A DNA stretch of 63,872 bases, filler included, from Acidimicrobiia bacterium (lineage in GTDB: Bacteria > Actinomycetota > Acidimicrobiia > Spongiisociales > CAZKJJ01), in NCBI GenBank assembly GCA_046759765.1. It is 9 parts of 9 records of this genome, joined end to end, with 100 filler letters (N's around TTAATTAATTAA, not from the genome) between each part and the next. Parts side by side here need not be neighbours in the genome. Positions count along the whole stretch, not along the records: positions 57,197 to 63,872 come from JBHICV010000135.1; 8 more parts are not named here. The stretch is one strand, 5' to 3'. Both the position numbers and the translations under genes were made by a program. This document shows positions 60,891 through 63,872 of the stretch, piece by piece (position 1 is the first letter of the stretch; every line of letters begins with the position of its first letter). A model generated the notes under the pieces. The model saw only the letters and a program-made list of their open reading frames with translations, was not told the origin of the DNA and ran no database searches.

Positions 60891-61406
60891 ATGGAGACTT
60901 GGGAAGCAATCAGAAGCAGGCGCAACGTACGTGAATATGACGATCGTCCAATTACGGACCACGAGATGGATCGGATTCTGGAAGCCGGATGGCGCACTCC
61001 GTCTTCGCGGAACGAGCAGCGGTGGGACTTTGTCGTGTCCACCGATCGTCAACAGCTGACGGAGTTGGCCAAGGTGTGGCGAGGTGCTGGACACGTTGCA
61101 CGCTCGCAAGCAACGATCGCCCTGATTGCTCCGAAGGCCGACAATGCCAGTACCCGGGACTCAATCCACTACGACCTCGGCCAGGTGACGATGAGCATGA
61201 TGCTGGCCGCCGCTGACCTGGGCATCGGGTCCTGCCATTCCAGCGTCGTCGATCAGGAGCTGGCCCAACGCCTCTTGGGCTTTCCCGACAGCCACTACTG
61301 CGCGTGGTTAATCGGGTTTGGCTATCCCTCCGACCGTCCGCTCGTCTCGATCCGGCGGCCCAGACGGAAGCCGCTCGCCGGAGTGGTCCACCACGGAGGG
61401 TGGTAG
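60891..61406 (+). CDS. Nitroreductase-family protein
   Basis: IRSRRNVREY, PSSRNEQRW, LGIGSC, FGYP. Confidence 0.92.
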   Translation: METWEAIRSRRNVREYDDRPITDHEMDRILEAGWRTPSSRNEQRWDFVVSTDRQQLTELAKVWRGAGHVARSQATIALIAPKADNASTRDSIHYDLGQVTMSMMLAAADLGIGSCHSSVVDQELAQRLLGFPDSHYCAWLIGFGYPSDRPLVSIRRPRRKPLAGVVHHGGW

Positions 61407-61414
61407 CTCCGCAG

Positions 61415-61522
61415 GTTTTGGTGACGTTTACTCACCTATATGGTGGTCCACCGTCACCAGAACGGTGCCGCAGGTTTTGGTGACGTCTACTCACCTATAC
61501 GGTGGATCAGCGTCACCAGAAC
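61415..61522. repeat. Tandem pair of REP-like palindromes (59-nt period), same family as 32102-32209
   Basis: GTTTTGGTGACG-N25-CGTCACCAGAAC twice, between convergent genes. Confidence 0.88.
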
Positions 61523-61531
61523 GGGGGGGAA

Positions 61532-62110
61532 CTACGAGAAGTAGTCGGGCTCGTTGCCCGGCTTCCACTTGATCGAGCAGCCCAGCGAGGGCAATTGTTC
61601 CACGGTGACCGGATGGTCCGAAAGCACCGCCTCGATCGCGGCTCGTAGGTCGGCACCGGTGACCCTGGCGATGGTGTTGGGCCGAGCATCGTCGAAGCGG
61701 CCGCGGTAGACCAAGGTGCGGTCGGGCCCGAACAAGAAGAAGTCGGGCGTGCACATCGCCGTGTACGCCGTGGCTACCTCCTGGCTCTCGTCGTATAGGT
61801 AAGGAAAGCGGTAGTCGAATTCCTTGGCCTCCCTGGCCATGTCGTCGGGTGAATCGGTCGGATAAGCGGCGGGGTCGTTCGCCGAGATCGCCACAATGCC
61901 CAGCTCGCTGTCCTCGTAGTCACGACCGAGTTCGACGAGGCCGTGCCGCACATGTTGCACGTACGGGCAGTGGTTGCAGATGAACATCACTAGCAGCGCC
62001 TTCTTGTCGGCGAAGTCGGTGATGGATGCGTCGGCGCCGGAAATGGTGTCGGGAAGGTCGAAGCTGGGAGCGGGAGTGCCCAGCGCCAGCATCGTCGAAG
62101 CAACGGCCAT
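61532..62110 (-). CDS. Thioredoxin-fold redoxin (AhpC/TSA, PRX-like)
   Basis: FICNHCPYV, CTPDFF, GCSIKWK. Confidence 0.93.
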   Translation of the reverse strand: MAVASTMLALGTPAPSFDLPDTISGADASITDFADKKALLVMFICNHCPYVQHVRHGLVELGRDYEDSELGIVAISANDPAAYPTDSPDDMAREAKEFDYRFPYLYDESQEVATAYTAMCTPDFFLFGPDRTLVYRGRFDDARPNTIARVTGADLRAAIEAVLSDHPVTVEQLPSLGCSIKWKPGNEPDYFS

Positions 62111-62170
62111 TTGTTCTCCTCTCGCAAGGAAGTGAGTTTATGAGATCTCAGGACAGCCGCAGTCTTCGGG

Positions 62171-63872
62171 TCAAACCCCGAGGAACTCGATCAATTCGTC
62201 CAGGCTCATGGCGGCGCCCTGAGCGAGTAGGCGCTCGTGTTCGGCGTCCCCCAGCTGCTGCCGAGCCTTGGCCATAGCGGCCTCGATCAACATGGCCGCT
62301 TCCCACCAGATCGCCACTCCGAGTCGGTCCCAGATCTGCTGACAGGCTCCGTGGATGAGCGTCGCCTCCTCGAGCCGTCCTTGGGCAGCTTCGGCCACCG
62401 CCACCAAATCTCCGCTCGAAGCGATCATCTCTTGAGACCGGATCTCGATAGCCACATCGAGCACATACCGGTTGTGATCGACCGCCTCTTCGAGCCGGTC
62501 GAGATTGAACAGCAAAAGGGCGAGGGTCCAATGCGTCCAAGCGGTGAGCTCCGGGAGAATGGGAGTAGCTATCGCTTCCGCGACGAGTTTTTGGCGGAGC
62601 TCCAGGGCGGCTTCCAGGTCGCCGGCCCGCACCAGGTTGACGCTCTTGAAGATCCGAGCCGCGTAAGTCGCGATGGTGCGGCCGCGCTTTCGAAAAGTGA
62701 GGAGGGCGGACTCCTGCATCGCTATCCCCTCGGCGGGGTCATCGGTGACATTGCCCAGAAAGAGCAGCGAAAAGGCCACTCCCTCGGGGTCACCTTCGGC
62801 CGTGAAACGATCCATGGCGTTGGAGAGCCTCTCGGCCGCTACCTCGAACTCACCTCACCCGTCTGGAATGCCACAAAACCAATAGACCAGTCCATCTTCG
62901 GAGAGTCGACGATCTCCTCGGCTCGAGCCAACCAGTCAGCCACTCCGGCCACCATGTCGCCGTCGAACAGAACGGGCCATACGTCGTACAAAGCGTCGAC
63001 CATGTCCTCGGCCCTGCCGGACAGACTCCAGTCAATTGCCGAGATCAGGTTGGGAAGCTCGACCTGCAGCTCTCGGAGAGGCGCTTCCTCTTTGTCCAAC
63101 TGGACTCCGAGCGCCGGAAACGTGGCAACGTATTGATCGACTAGGCGAGACATCGTTTGGTCCATCTCGCCTGCGTCTCTGACACGCTCGATTCCGAATT
63201 CGCGCAACACCTTCAACTCCTGGAAGCGGTTACCCGCGGGGAGACCCGATACGACGTTCACGAGCGAGTTATCCACCAGCAGCGAGAGCGTCTCCAGGAT
63301 GTCGCCCTCCAGGTCAATGCCGCATACCGCTTCAGCCACTTCGAATGTGGCCCCCGCTGGCAACACGGCGAGCCGTCTGAAGACGGCCTGCTCGGCGTCG
63401 CCGAGCGTGTCCAGGCTCCACTCGATCGTCCTTTGAATGGTCTGCTGCCGCTCGGGCAGGTCAGAAGCTCCCGAACCGAGAATCGACAACGAAGTGGCGA
63501 GCCTCCGATCGAGCTCTTCGACGGCCAACAGACGCACGCGGGAGGCGACCAGCTCGATCGCCAGCGGGAGCCCGTCCAGCCGCGTGCAGATCGACCGTAT
63601 CGAAGCTCCGTCCGGGCCCGATAGGTCGAGATCAACGCCGTGCTCCGCAGCTCGATCTACAAACAGCTGCACGGCAGCGGGGTCGTGGCCGTTGCCTTTG
63701 ACCGCCAAGGGGTCGATTCGGCGGGTGTTTTCTCCTCGGATATGGAGAGGTGTCCTGCTGGTGACCAGAAAGGTGAGCTCGTGACATTCGGCTATCAAAG
63801 CCGCCACGTCTGTGCCGGCCTCGGCGACGTGCTCGAAGTTGTCGACGAGCAGCAGGGTCGGAGCCGCGATCA
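62171..63872 (-). pseudogene. STAND (NB-ARC-like) ATPase-TPR protein, 5' end outside window, frameshifted at about 62855
   Basis: LVDNFEH, VTSR, LDGLPLAIEL, IEWS; removing a 5-bp duplication joins the two ORFs (QTGEFEVAAERLSNAMDRF). Confidence 0.85.

Overview
This window is not one locus. It is nine contigs of about 6.7-7.2 kb, sorted by decreasing length and joined by artificial 100-nt N44-TTAATTAATTAA-N44 spacers, so adjacency across spacers means nothing. Most contigs fit a GC-rich actinobacterium, probably Acidimicrobiia-like (inferred from the 16S 5' fragment, tyrS-rrn and pheT-argF-mpg synteny, the MCM-small-subunit/sucCD cluster and STAND adenylate cyclases). Contents by contig: (1) an integrative, satellite-like element at a tRNA-Lys att site, an HTH/PIN toxin-antitoxin pair with a frameshifted toxin, and an IS30 end; (2) 16S rRNA 5' end, ABHD18-like hydrolase, tyrS with aberrant signature motifs, class A PBP, mpg, argF, pheT; (3) ppk1 and a form I aerobic CO dehydrogenase cluster; (4) accessory enzymes; (5) tal, sucCD and purine/allantoin catabolism; (6) CRTAC1, TPR and TonB-dependent receptor genes that look acidobacterial (probable bin contamination); (7) a split b6f-like Rieske/cytochrome b operon with a ferredoxin, divergent from a CcoN-like protein; (8, 9) STAND-cyclase receptors, degV-plsY, nitroreductase, redoxin. 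The best candidate for an undescribed system is contig 7. The CcoN homolog has lost all six heme/copper-ligand histidines, and the protein downstream of it shares a short ribbon-helix-helix-like N-terminal module with subunit IV of the bc complex. All calls come from reading motifs by eye; no searches were run.
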